Source: Trichoplax adhaerens (taxonomy: Eukaryota; Animalia; Placozoa). From it: 64,000 nucleotides of DNA. Shown piece after piece: positions 12,847 to 31,990 of this stretch. The notes beneath the pieces were generated by a model. It was given only the letters and a program-made list of their open reading frames with translations. It made no database searches and had not been told where the DNA came from. Positions within the stretch are counted from its first letter, which is position 1. Each line of letters starts with the position of its first letter. Position numbers and translations under genes: made by a program. The stretch covers positions 457,861 through 521,860 of the forward strand of contig NW_002060949.1 of assembly GCF_000150275.1 (NCBI RefSeq), written 5' to 3'.

Positions 12847-13760
12847 AGCGTATACAGTTCAGCTAACACACGTTTGATATTTACCTTCGCACTCCTAATA
12901 ATTCGTAATTTGGAAAATGCATTTAATATAATTTGAGTACAAGTACCATATCCTCATCAACGCTGCATTACATAATAACACCCATACGCTGGAATAAACA
13001 ACTGCGTTCAATATAAGTGTCATCTACCATTCTATTTTCAATGACCCTCACCGTACAGTACTAAAAAATGTACAGTGATTATAATTATGCATCTAGTTCT
13101 GATACTATGAAACATCTTTCAAGTATTGCAACTTGCAATGTGAATCTACAGCAAGCGTGAACATGGCGTGAAACTGCAAGTAGTCAAGTACTCATTATGA
13201 CAAAGAGTAATCAGCTCTATTAAACATTTTCTGTATAAATAAGAACGAATGATTCACGACTGCTCGAGAGTAGAGGTACATCAAGAATCTATTTTGCAAT
13301 ATCTTATGCTATAATACGAGAATGGCGAATGCTAAAAATATTTGGATACCGGTGACCCATATGGTCAAGTGGAATGACTCTGTCTATGAAATGCTGTTAT
13401 TAATTAATCAGTAGGCTGAACATTTACCAATCTTATTTAGACTGCTGTATTTATCTGATCCATACAGCGTAAAAGGCGTGTAATGGAGACATTAAAATTT
13501 ATCAAAGGCTGATGATATCAATAAACCCATAACCAGTAGTTACAGTCTAAGAAACTTTATACAATACAATACATGTGAACAAAACTGCAATTTATCCATC
13601 CACTTCAAAACTAATTCGTAGAATACTGTTGAACAAATTAGAATAAATACATTGCTGACTAACTAGTAATAGAAATTACTCGTAGGTACTTGGCATTCCC
13701 TTTATATTTCATGCAAGAATTTTATTATAACAACTTTTATTTTACTTTTCTATGAGAAAC

Positions 13761-13872
13761 TACAGTAGAACATGCTCTATAACATAGCCTCTGGAAGGGT
13801 TAATGAATCCTATGCCATCCTTAACTACTCGTTACGATACAGCACTGTGATTCACTCACAAAGTCTACTGTA
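13761..13872. mobile_element. Possible degenerate Tc1/mariner/pogo-type MITE
   Basis: Ends are TA-CAGTAGA ... TCTACTG-TA: a short terminal inverted repeat beginning CAGT, flanked by TA; no coding capacity. Confidence 0.3.
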
Positions 13873-14296
13873 TTAAGTATGCATGACCTCAAGCAGCTAT
13901 CCAAGTCCATTTAAATATCTTCCAATGACAGTCGTGCATGGCTGCTAAATTAAATCAATCTGCAGATCCATGCCACTTCGTGCTAAATTTTATAGAAAAG
14001 AAAATTTCAATACAATTTGGTTGCTGTCAACCAATCCTTTCAAAATTTCACTGTAGAACTTGTTACCTAATTAGCACAGCCAAACAGAAAGAAAATTTAT
14101 GATTCAAATTTTAATTACGATACTATAGATTCAATCATGAACAATTAACTTATTTACTATAACTATAACCTGAAGACTGTTATGAAGCTGCTAACGTTTT
14201 GCAGTGACAAAACAATCGCTCTTTATCATTCAGCACGCTAACAACGAATTATCTATCGGTATTTCTTCACTAAATCAACGTAGTTAGGTTACCGCA

Positions 14297-19743
<5,447 letters not shown>

Positions 19744-21373
19744 AATTTGTTGGTTACAACTAGTATAGTAGAGTAATTATATGTAAGTCGAATCCGGATT
19801 CCAATGGATACTTCGAAATCGTTAATATAATTATTACCAGCCAGAATTTGTAATTCTATATTTGGCTCAATTTCAGATTTTGCTATTTGAGTAAATTCAC
19901 TAGAATGTAGATATTATGAAGTTTAAAATTATAGCAACCTTTGTATATAGTAAATTCCAAAATTGATATTTGCTGCTTTATGATGTACTTTCTATAATAA
20001 TAATATACAAATTAAGTTTCGTAATTTCCATATAAAATGGGTTCCGTATGCGTATCATGGCCTAAGAAACTGGAAAAGCACGATACCATCCATGACTTAC
20101 GGTCTTATAATTGATGGCAAAATCTCTTATCAAATTGAAATATCATCATAGTACTACTCTATTAGTTAAAACTGATTCTGCTATCAGCCAATAAGTGTGC
20201 ACTTTATGCACCATCACTTTATTTTGCGTAAACCACCATAATGCAATGACTGGTAGTTTCGTACGATCGATTTAGCAATGTGTGGAAAAACTGTACAGTC
20301 ATGCTGAAAGGCTGTAGCCGCATACAGTACATGTACGTTATTAAATATTCGAAATTTGTAAGCTAAAGGAGATTATTTATACTAATGGAGTCAGCAAATA
20401 AAATTGTGTGGATTATAATTATAATTATTAAAGTTCGGAGGCATTCAATTATATTCTAAAATATTGATATAAAACTACATACGTTCCTCTTTACTCTCGT
20501 CAATGATAACAAGCATGAATAGTAAGATTACAAAATGTTCTGTTGATTGCATATACGTACGGTATACAACACTCGGATAAGATTTTAGTTAGTTTAACCA
20601 ATATTTTTTATTCCATTTGGCGTATACAGTACTACTTAATAAATAAGTTATTCAGAAACATTCCTGCTCAAAGCTATCCGTCGATTCCTCAATATTTATT
20701 AATTGTATAATTATATATAATTAATCATTCGACCGAAGCACTCGATAACTATGACGATCAACCTTCGGTCGATTACTGCTTATTATGTTGCTTTTATAAA
20801 TTATCATACGTACTATACCCAAACTACTGCTAAGGTACTTCGCAGATGCCCATATTTTATTGTTATCCATTTGCACAGTATATCATAATAAAACAAATCT
20901 ATTTCGATGTGCAAAATTTGAAATTAATCTTATTTAAGTCCATAATCACGCCGGTATGTCAACAGTTTATTATAACCGAACTTTATTATTTTAAATAGTT
21001 TGACTTACATTGCATGATACAGAATGTATCGTACTGAATATCTTACAATTTTTACATTGAAGAGCTGATACTGTACGATTAAATACAGCAGTTATAATTA
21101 TTTTACATAAGCATATGAAACTTGAAAAACCGAACTAACTTGACAGTGTAGTAGTAAATATGTACTGAATAATTTCTGTGCATTATCCAAATTCGTAGAA
21201 AATCTATTAATTCAGTTTGTAGTCATTACAAAAACAGGACCTACAATATGTAATATACAGTACAACAAGTGTTGATAATAGATATTACAGTCAGATAAGT
21301 CTTAAACAGACTTTAAGCAAAATTTCATTATTCATTAACCAATACAAAATGATAAAGTGAGGTATTTCTACAT

Positions 21374-24300
21374 TTAACGGTTAGCTATTATGTTGCGGTA
21401 GATCATAGTCACATAAATCAGAATTACAACGATAATTAGTAAATCATCCAATAGCCCAAGTATACCAAAGACTGCCTCCGGAATTATGTCGAAAGGTGAT
21501 AGTACATAAATCATAGCAATCACTACACAAACTACAATTTTAACTCTAAACAGTGCTATCATGCCATTGACAGTAAAGCATTCACGTACAAAGTGCCGAA
21601 GTAAAGTAGGAAAATCTTGAACGTAGTCCCAGAGCTGAAATCGATAAAACACCTAATATTAAGCATTTTTTTACACATTCGAGAATACGCACTAAAATAT
21701 TGGCATGAATCATAACCCTTAAACCTAACACTACCGTAGATGTGCGCTTTGATATCGTAAACCACATCAAAAATTGACGAAATGCAATCCTAATACCAAA
21801 CTATCAAATATTTAACAGATCTATGCAACATAGTTCTACTTGTATTTTCAAGAGATTAAAACCTGTTAAAGTAGAAATAAGTATTGACATAGCAGTATCA
21901 CGAATATACTGCACCTTATACGCTCGCATGTATATTTCGTAGATACTATACATCAGTGAATAGCTTTGAGGGTTCCCGAATTTCGGGCCACTTTTGCTAT
22001 TCACTGCTGTACTGTACATATGTCACCAGAATTAAACTCAGTCTTAGTAAGACATAACTTGTACAAAAACGATCATGTGAAATGATTATAATGCAACAAT
22101 TAGATTTCACCATAATGCGTTTTATCCGGTTGCGTCTAATTAGTGTCAGTTTGTAGAATAAGTTAAGAGCATACTCATACAGTATCCAGCAAGAGCACTG
22201 CAGCTTTAACATCATATAGCGCCTGAAGTAGCACACAAAACTGCGAACTACTAAATGCGACCATTCACGAATATACAAAATATAGCACTCTGGAAAGTAT
22301 TAAATATATAATACATTACCGATCGCGGTTCACCAGAAAATCTTCTATTGTACGTAGTAATGTCCACTGATACATCAGTTTCTTGTCCATCTTCGTAATT
22401 TGGAAATAAGATCGTAATCTAGCATACATTAACAGCAATAAAACATCATTAAGTTCACAAATACACGAAGCATAGCATTAAAATAAGAAAGTTTGATCTT
22501 TAGTACTGTGCAATAAGTATGTGAGAATTCGCCTTTTCCATCACGCTCACGGTACAGACGAAGTTCTATATTGTTGTATATTGATAGATACATATGAAAA
22601 AGCATCTTCTACCTACTACAAAACTATGTAATCCTACTCATGACTACACTATCAGATTACTACATTCGGAATAATAAAAGCGACTTATAATTATAATTAA
22701 CGAAGTCGCTAATGAAGCTTGTTATGCAACGTTACACATATGTGAACGATAGAGTCAAGAGGCTTTTCAGGGTATTTAGTGCACGATACGTTGCAAAGCG
22801 TAAATAGCCTGGAACACCGTTAAGGATTAACGAAGCAGTGGTCACAAGCTACACTTCCACAACCTTACGGTGACACTTAACATAGCATAAATACACAGTA
22901 TTTCACTGATATGGTGTACGTGTATAATGTGTACTCTGCACACGTATAATAATACAGGTACATTTAGAATTCTAAGACATCTAAGTTGCCTTACCTCTTG
23001 TCTACAGATTGGACAATTCATGGGACCTAGCCATGAGCCATGTTTCCAATAAGTAATTATACATTCAGCTAATAAAATTTAGTAATTTATGGGATTAGAA
23101 ATACCAAAACAGACAAGCAGACATGTTCGTATATCACTTCTCAATTTGTCAGGTGCAACATACATCTGAATTCAATTTGCAAAACACATTGGACTTTAAA
23201 GCAATCATAATTCTAACGATTTGAAATGCATCTATGCTAATTGTAATATCAGTGATCCTAACATACCGTATAGTACTTCGCTACAATTGCCACTGATCAA
23301 ACAAAGTAAACGATACAGTACTGTATATTACAGTATAACTTCAAACATCCCCATTTTTTTGCTTTTCGAGAAGATTACTTACAATATTCCTCCTCACTGC
23401 TATTTTAAAGGTTCTACCAGCTAACTAAGGTACTGCAAATTACTATACAGCAGGTTGAGGAAAACCCCCTTTTCAACTTTCATGCTGTAAATATATAAGC
23501 AGTATTATAATATCTAAAATTAAGTAAGTTATAACATAACACCTATTACTACGAGGATAATCTATGAGTATTTATATGTGCAATAAAACACAACGATGCA
23601 CCATGTTCGTATAGTACTGTACAGTGTATAGTATAAGTATATACTATGTTTGGTATATCAATCTACGGCGGAGAATAATGTACTGTGGTTTACTATTACA
23701 TTTCTACAACAATTTTTACCCAAATGCGAAAACTTACGAATACAACACCAAAATATTAATTTAGCCTGAAAATAACATAATATAATTATAACACAATCCA
23801 GCCAAATAGAAGTTTTTCAACTACAAACGTGCTCATTATTGTAACAAAGACCTCAGACAAACTCGCCTCTACTTGATGCTATGCAACTACCATCGAACAA
23901 AAACTAACTGTACAGCAAACGAATACAGTAAAACGTTTGAGACGTCTCAAACTCCGCTGAGTCTTTCATTTGCCATAATCTATGACAGTACGGTGCATTA
24001 GTAGTGAATAAACTGATTTATTATAAGCGTATTTATAGTATCAAGTAATAAAAGGAATGAGAGTGAAAACGTATGTAATGTTAGCTAGATAAATACTGTA
24101 CACATTATGAATGTAGTGAGCCCACCGACAAAATCCAGAACAGTAAAACTAACCACAAAATATGTGACCACAATTAGTTTCCACTGGCGCTCGAGGATCA
24201 AGAATGCAAATTGGACATCTAGAATCAGCGTTATAAGATACCCTTGGTCTGCCATTGCGAATGCCCTCAGAATGATCACTGTTCGAAAGGAATGATCTAG

Positions 24301-24475
24301 CTTGTTCAACTGCATGCTCCTGAGAAGGATGTACGCGTACACCCAAGTATCGACATCGAGATTTCCAAAGCTCGAAGAAGATAAAAGCTAAACAAATGCA
24401 TAGCAATCCGCCAGCTATGAGTACAGCTTCATCACTTACTCCTTCAACCAGACTGCCCTGCACTGGATGATTCAT
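21374..24475 (-). CDS. RNF170: E3 ubiquitin ligase RNF170 (TM-RING-DUF1232), 4 exons
   Basis: MNHPVQGSLVEGVSDE + TM; RING CPICILDPRAPVETNCGHIFC|AECIITYWKHGSWLGPMNCPICRQE; YNRRFSGEPRS; YVLSPFDIIPEAVFGILGLLDDLLI. Confidence 0.95.
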
Positions 24476-24637
24476 CCTTCTTGAATTTTACTTTATTTAG
24501 GGAAATTAATGTTTTCCCGTTATTGATGATGTGAGTAATTTATAATTAATAATTTATTTATAGTTAGTAAATCAGCATTCTACACATTGTTATTAAATTA
24601 AATTAACTGATGCGTATCGAAGAAAATTTCAACCAAA

Positions 24638-24945
24638 CTACAGTATTGTGCTTTACAGTATACTGTACTGTACTTAGTCGGAGTGGCGTTTACAGAACAC
24701 TACTGCATAGCAGAGACCTGCAGTGAAAGCTCTTTGCGCAGTAGACACATTTACATCCTTTTGCACTCTGTGCGGCTACGAATCTCTCGTAAAAATTAAT
24801 TAGATCAGATTTTGTTCTGGTGTACTGTACAGTAAAACAGTAAAACGAGCTCTAGTATGATTGTAACTGACTGCTATGGACTACAATACTAGAGTAGCCC
24901 AAAACCACTGTATCTCTGTAGTGTACAGTACAGTACTGTATAGCT
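24638..24945. repeat. TACAG/CTGTA-rich island upstream of RNF170
   Basis: tacagtatactgtactgta (~24655), gtactgtacagta (~24822), gtgtacagtacagtactgta (~24922). Confidence 0.7.
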
Positions 24946-27346
24946 AATTAATTAGCCATGAACAACTGGAAACCCTGGTAGTGATTTGTAGTAGTCCTCG
25001 ATATAACATTGATTGAATTTTTTCGCTGTTCCCCACAAAAGTGAAATAGTAAAAAGTAACTACTAAAGCCCTTAATAAACAGTATTTTGAGCAATTCGTA
25101 TAATAATTTTGTTAGAGGGCTACGACAGTGCAGTATAATGGTATACTAAACTTTAACAACAATCCAAAGCATTTATACAGTGGACAGCTACTGCATACGT
25201 AGTCTACGGATTATGTAATTAAGGACTACTGCAACACTAGATATTAGTGGATTGCATCGGAGACAAATGTCACTCCGAACTCCGATTGGTGATGAAATAC
25301 GACCACGGTAGTTCAAAGTTGCTCATGCGAGAAATCTGTGTGATTCTTGCAGTCAATTAACCATTGTAATAATTTACTAGTATGTATTACACCGTAGTAA
25401 TCGTAATTCACAAGAGTACGATACCTCATTCTGAACAAATCGTTTTACTGAAAACCTACGAAACAAGTATAATGAACTACGAATGTACTGATTACTTCGC
25501 TAATTAATTAGCTAGAAGTATGAGATCTTAATAGCGGTAAGTTTACAACACAGGCGTTTTACTGTACTGTGGTTGAAGAGAATTTTAGAAATCATATTTA
25601 CTCGCAATAGTTCAATAACCGAGATACCTAAACACTGTAATTATGATAATTCACTTCACTCGTATCTTCCTTAATAATAATTTAGGAAGATCAACAGATT
25701 GGTAAAGTAATAATTTCTCTTGTTACAACAGATCTGTACAGACTAGTAAATAGTTATAATTAAATCACTTTAAAAAACGTACAAGAAAATGTAAGCCATA
25801 ATCAAGTGTTATATTCCAATCAGGCAGTAGTCAAATGCAACCTACTTAGGAGCAAAAAATTATCCTAACAACTAGTTTTATTATACTGAAAATTCTGTCT
25901 ACATTGTTACAGATACAATTCATGCTAGGAACGATGCAGCACAATGTGAATATTTTAACACATGATATCATAAGAATAGTACCGCCATTCCAATTTATAA
26001 CACTGAGAACTGTGCGGATTTCTGATTACCACATATTTTATAGAACCTTAACATCACATGCACACATGTGCGCTATTTGGTCACGTAGCTACGTCATTAT
26101 ACTGCCTTAAATACTTAAAGCATAATATAATAGATAAGACGTATTAAGTCTGCTTAATAAACTATGTTACAAATACCAACAAATTTGACAAATTTAATAA
26201 GTTCTATTTAACGATTGTAAAATTATTAACAGATTACTAAACAGAAATTATGAGTAAAACTTATACAGAATATGTTGAGAATACAAAAATACGGAAAGCA
26301 GTGATAACAAATTCAACTGTACAAGTGATTACTTATCTTAGTGTACAGTATTTAAGATCAGTGATAGAGACTACTGTCATAAATAGTAGATACACAATAA
26401 TTACAATTATTTTTCTAAGTATAACTATAACTATAACGCATAACTACCGAAAATGTTGTTTTACCAACCGAAAAAAAATTCAAAAAATCTCTCGACATTG
26501 CTAAACAATAAATAAAAACCCAGATCATCAACCTATCATGACATAAATTGCAATTATTTGTTGATATTGCATAACATGTATATATATATAATGCGCAAAT
26601 GTAGCACAGTCTCATAATATTTCAAGTATTAAGTTGTATTCTGCTTAGCATATAATTTTTAATTTCACGTCCTGGATTATTATTAAACATTAATGACACG
26701 TTCTTATAGTAATACCTTAGCGATTTATACGCTGTTGCAGTAACTACTGCTTACATGTATATTAATTTGAAATACCTATTATTTATTCATGCGCTTTTAT
26801 ATGTGTTAATGTAATAACTGTCAAATCAAAATGTGAATTCGAGGTTATGCTGTACAATATTGAATATAACTGATTGTGAATAAATCAGGAGTAAAAATGT
26901 GTGGCTATTGCTCCACTATAATATTACTACAAGAAATTCCTTTGGAATCTTTAGAACAAGGCTTACAAATAATTATAATTCTTACGATAGCTATCATCGA
27001 AAGCAACTAAATCTGTATATTATATATTAAGAATTAGTAATTCATTACAAAAAATCGTCCGCAAAAAATTTCAGGCAATGTCGGAGAAAACATAAAAATT
27101 AACTGATTTAAGGCCTGTGGATTCTTGCATTTCACAAAAAATACGAGCCAATGTTTAACGAGTTAAATCTAACGATGGATTCTTTCCTGTAAAACAACAA
27201 ACAAACCACCTAACTGTACTTATACTATAATAACAAGGCTAAGTTTAAAAATACCATCACCATAAAAAAATATATTATAATAAATGTGATATAATACACT
27301 ATTATTATCCAAGTACCTTTTATTTGAAGATCATAAATTACAGAGA

Positions 27347-30300
27347 TTACACTCCATAAGAATTTGCAAGCCTTTCTTTTAAAGGTTGAGGAAACTGATT
27401 AGAAAAATTTCTCCAATTTTCTTCACCAACTTGCATCTTAAAGCCATGCAAAATCTAAAGCAAAAGCGTAATCTCTTTCAGGATACAATCACAAGAACGA
27501 CCGTGTATAATCAGAGTACAATCTACCTTATGAAATGTTTCCTTCAAATCTTCCTTCGGACTATGCCAGGATGCAACCGCATCGCAAAAATACATAAAAT
27601 CCTAATGCACCATAATCGTCATTATGAACAACGTAGTTTAACATGGTAGCTCATAACAGCTTACAGAGAATTTACCTGAACGACACCGCCAGGGTTAACA
27701 CTAATCATCCTACAAATACCACGAAATGCAGAATCTTTTTCTTCATTATCTCTAATGCATCTTAGTGCTTTACACCTTCAAAATATGGCAGGATCAAAGT
27801 ATAGTAAGTCTCTAACATTAAATTTTACTAAGTTAATTGATTAATAAAGATACACTACCATTTTTGAATGAAGTTTGGCAATTTAGGAGCAACTTCATGT
27901 GGACAAACATATCCTAATCGTCCAACCGTAATTGCTAATGTCCAACATTGAAGGATAACTTTTTAGAATAATATCAATCATATACAACATAAAAATATAA
28001 AACGAACCCGTATTTTCTAGTAAAGTTTTGGGTATGTCATCTCTATTAAGGATTTCAATCAGTTTATCTAACACTAAAGGCAAATAGGGTTGCACATCTG
28101 GACCTAAATAAAAAATGCGAACAATTAAATACTGCTGTAATCATATTTTTTGTACCCTAATGGTTTATAGATTTTTCTTTTCAGAAAAGTAGTACATACC
28201 CATTTGCATTGCCATCTCACCGATTGCCCATGCCGAATTATTGCAAACAGACACTAAATCCGGATTTAAATTTTTTCCAAGTAAAGGCATCATATCTCCT
28301 AAAATTAAAAAATACGATACGAATTTTTTTAAATGGTGTTTCAGTAAAATTGCCAAGAAATCTGAAACATACCAACATATTGTTGTACATGTCCGAAGCA
28401 TGCCTTCGTAAGATCACCAAGCAATGCAAATGAGCTCTGTCGTACTTCATCCGTTTGATCCTATATACATAACATAAAATTAATAAACCAATTAAGAAAC
28501 ATTTGTATCTATTAGCTACAGTATTAAACTCATTAGTCTAAAGAACCAACCTGCATGCACTGATATAGAAGTGCCAGCAAATTACTCTTTCCAATCAGTG
28601 AATCAATATTCTTATCAATTCCTTCCGTTAATCCACTCAGTAAATCTAAAGCAACTATCATGAAATCTTTGTCCGGTTGATCATACTGATCTATAGGTAT
28701 CTGAACTGTACTCTGACTTAAGGTCTGTTCCACCAGAGACACACATCGTTGAAATACTGGCTCCGCATACGGTAAGAACCCGGATTGAAGAGCTATAGCA
28801 ATTGATGACAAACACTAAAGCCAATGCAAATTATTAAATTGCCAAATTAATGCATCTTCGATTAATATAATTTTCATAAAAATGTTAATTGAATCCTACT
28901 TCAAGCAATGGGAATAAATCTCTATCTTGATCCTGTAAAGCATTCCACTTTTGTATTAACGGTGGCATCAACATAATAATTAATTCCTAGTCATAATAAC
29001 ATTAATAGATTTCAACATGAATACATGTATACTACGAAATTCTTCATTACTACATCAACTACGTACCGGTTTATTAAGATGATGTCCAACAGAGTCTGCA
29101 AGCGTACCAAAGGCATCATACAATATCAGAAGGTTTTTGCGCTAAACAAACGTATATTCACATTAGTAGTCAATAGCAATGGAACTATTCTTGAACAAAG
29201 TCTTATCTAACCTGATATTTGCTAAACGCAAAGACAAGCGTTTGAATAATATGCTCCAGATAAGGAACAAGAGCAGAGCAGGCTTCTTCTTCAAGGGTAG
29301 CAAATGCACTACATTTACGTAAAATGTATACGATGAACGATAACTCATAAGTGGTTATACTAAACGTGAAAGATTGTCTCAAAGATATCTGCAGTTTACC
29401 TGCAAGCAGCTTCTTGAACCCGCTTATTACTATCTAACAGACTCTTTAGTAACTAAAAATAATAAAATCCGTGAAAGATAATCCACCGTACTACAAGCAA
29501 AGACAAAATTAAAATCAAACCTCTCTTATCAGATCTTGAAAAAAGCTTTTCTCAGACTGATTTACAACCCAATGTGCGTAACGACTAAGTGTCCAACATG
29601 CAATTGAACGAACAGGAGCCTATCAAGGATATCATAAAATCTTTCAGTTTCAGCGCCGTCTAGTAACAAATAATAAAACCAACCTTATCATCGGATAATG
29701 ATTTTATTAGAAAAGGAATCAAGGTAGGCAAATGTTGATTCAGCCCTCTTAAACACCCTGCAGAAGTAACAGAAACAAGTTCTTGAATTGCGTCACTTAA
29801 AAATAGCAAATGTGCAGTTGTAACCTTCTGCAACAGCCCCAAGAACAAGAATGCCTGATTCTTTAACTACCCAATCACTATTGAACAATACTTCTTTCAG
29901 GATGGGTAGTAGCACTGGCAGAAGATCATTCCCAAAAACACTCGCTAAAATATCTAAAGCCGCAGCTGAGCACTTCCCTATATAGCAAGTTAGAAGAAAT
30001 AAACCATTTTCTCCGAGAAATTATATTACATGAATATATATATATATATATATAGACGAAATCTAATAAAGCAATTACTTAGGTTCCATTCAGATAACAT
30101 TTCGTCATCATCTGAGTCGTCATCATAATTATTATCTGTTGTGACGTCACCATAACCTTGGTTATCATCTATCCCATTTACGTGCTGATGACTCTGCAGC
30201 TTCGGTTTATGAAACCGTGGCTTAATATCTTCTTCCTTATCAGGAATTCCTTCATCATGTTCATCATCCTGCAATCAAATCTTTATTAATCTAATGCTAT

Positions 30301-31953
30301 ATTGTACAATATGCTAAAAAATATCAAATAACATGTTATCAATACGTAATTTTACAACCGTACCTTTAGTAGCATTACATCGATTTCTGAATACTTCATC
30401 CCACTTACAAGCACAGGAACTAAACTATTCATTAACATAATTTCCAAATTTCAGATATTACAGTTATGCTTGTTTGTTATTGCACACCTAAAACTTAGTC
30501 TTCAAAAACTAATAGGGTATACGCCTAACCTTGGCAAATAAGGGCGTAATGCTTCCTTACAAATAGACTGCTCAGCTATTATTAACCAAAATTCACAAGC
30601 TTCCAGTGCAACATTTCCATCTTCATCTTGTGTGCGAACCAGCATATACTAGCGCAATTTCGAAATACATTGTAAGGTTAGGTACAATAAAACTACTAAA
30701 AAATATTTACATTTTAACTTACCTCAATGATGCCATTAAGAAACGGCACCAATTGGCTTATTCGAATCCCTAATAAAGTCACCAAAGCATGACAAACATT
30801 TTTCCGAACTTCACCCGATTCATCGTTAGCAACAGAGAACAAATTCTGAAATGACATACGTACAATCAGGATGAACTTTTATTGAGTAAAGGTTCTTGAA
30901 TACCGTAAAGAACTAAATGTTTTCAAGCCAATTATTACACTCTAAATCAACTATATCTAACGAAAATACTCGAAAGAGTACATCGGAGAACATACCTGAA
31001 TTAAATCTTGAATATGCGGCAAAATCGTTGACGCTTGCATAAAGTGGCATATACATGCGACTGCTAATGATCTATAAAATACAGAATGTGTTTCATTAAT
31101 GCTAGTAATACTAAATATCAAGTTATATGTTTGCTACAGGTCGTAACTCTGGTAAATGCGATCCTTAAGCGGTATAGTAGAAAATCCACGAAACTTAATA
31201 CAAGTACTGTAATTGGATACCTAATTTTAGGACTGTAGTGTTTGATATATTGAATAAACTTTGGAATCATGAAATCCACTGGCAATCCAGATACAACATC
31301 GGCAACATCAGCAACATCTTCGCAAATGTTATGTAATGCAAGAAAGGCACCCTGCTCGTACAGAAAATACAGGCCGAACAATAAGCATAGCAGTCACATC
31401 GACAAGCGAAATTTCTTTTTGTAATTACTAAATTACATTACTGAAAGCAGGAGTAAATTCTTCGATACCTGATCCAAGCAAAATCAATCTGCTATCATTA
31501 CAGCTTATTGCTATTTTGCAATAGCTCCGATACAGTGAAACACGAAATGCTACAGTACGTATCCGACCTATCGTTCCTTATTATGCAATGCATTATAAAA
31601 AAATTCTATGGCAGGCCCTACACTTTCGATTCGATAAAGTGTACTAATAGTACAGTACATACGAGTATTCGAGTATAGTATTCAGTCCATAAAATTGAAA
31701 ATAATGATTGTGAACATTTATATACAAATAACAAGATCTATATTCGAAATCGCACAAACGTGATAACATTGCACTCATCTTTAAAGAGTAACTGAAATGC
31801 TTTACGAGCATATGCGTACATCGTAATCCAAGTCGGTCAATCGAGTGATAATGGCCCTTTTGATACAGGCATATTCAATAACATGAAATTAACTGAGTAT
31901 GAGGACTTTGCGAGTACTTGTGATGTTATACTGCACTATAATGTATACCGTCA

Positions 31954-31990
<37 letters not shown>

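Noticed and set aside
25255-25280. U7 snRNA-like Sm site (ATTTGTCT on the minus strand)
   Set aside because: No proper 3' hairpin and no histone-downstream-element complement.
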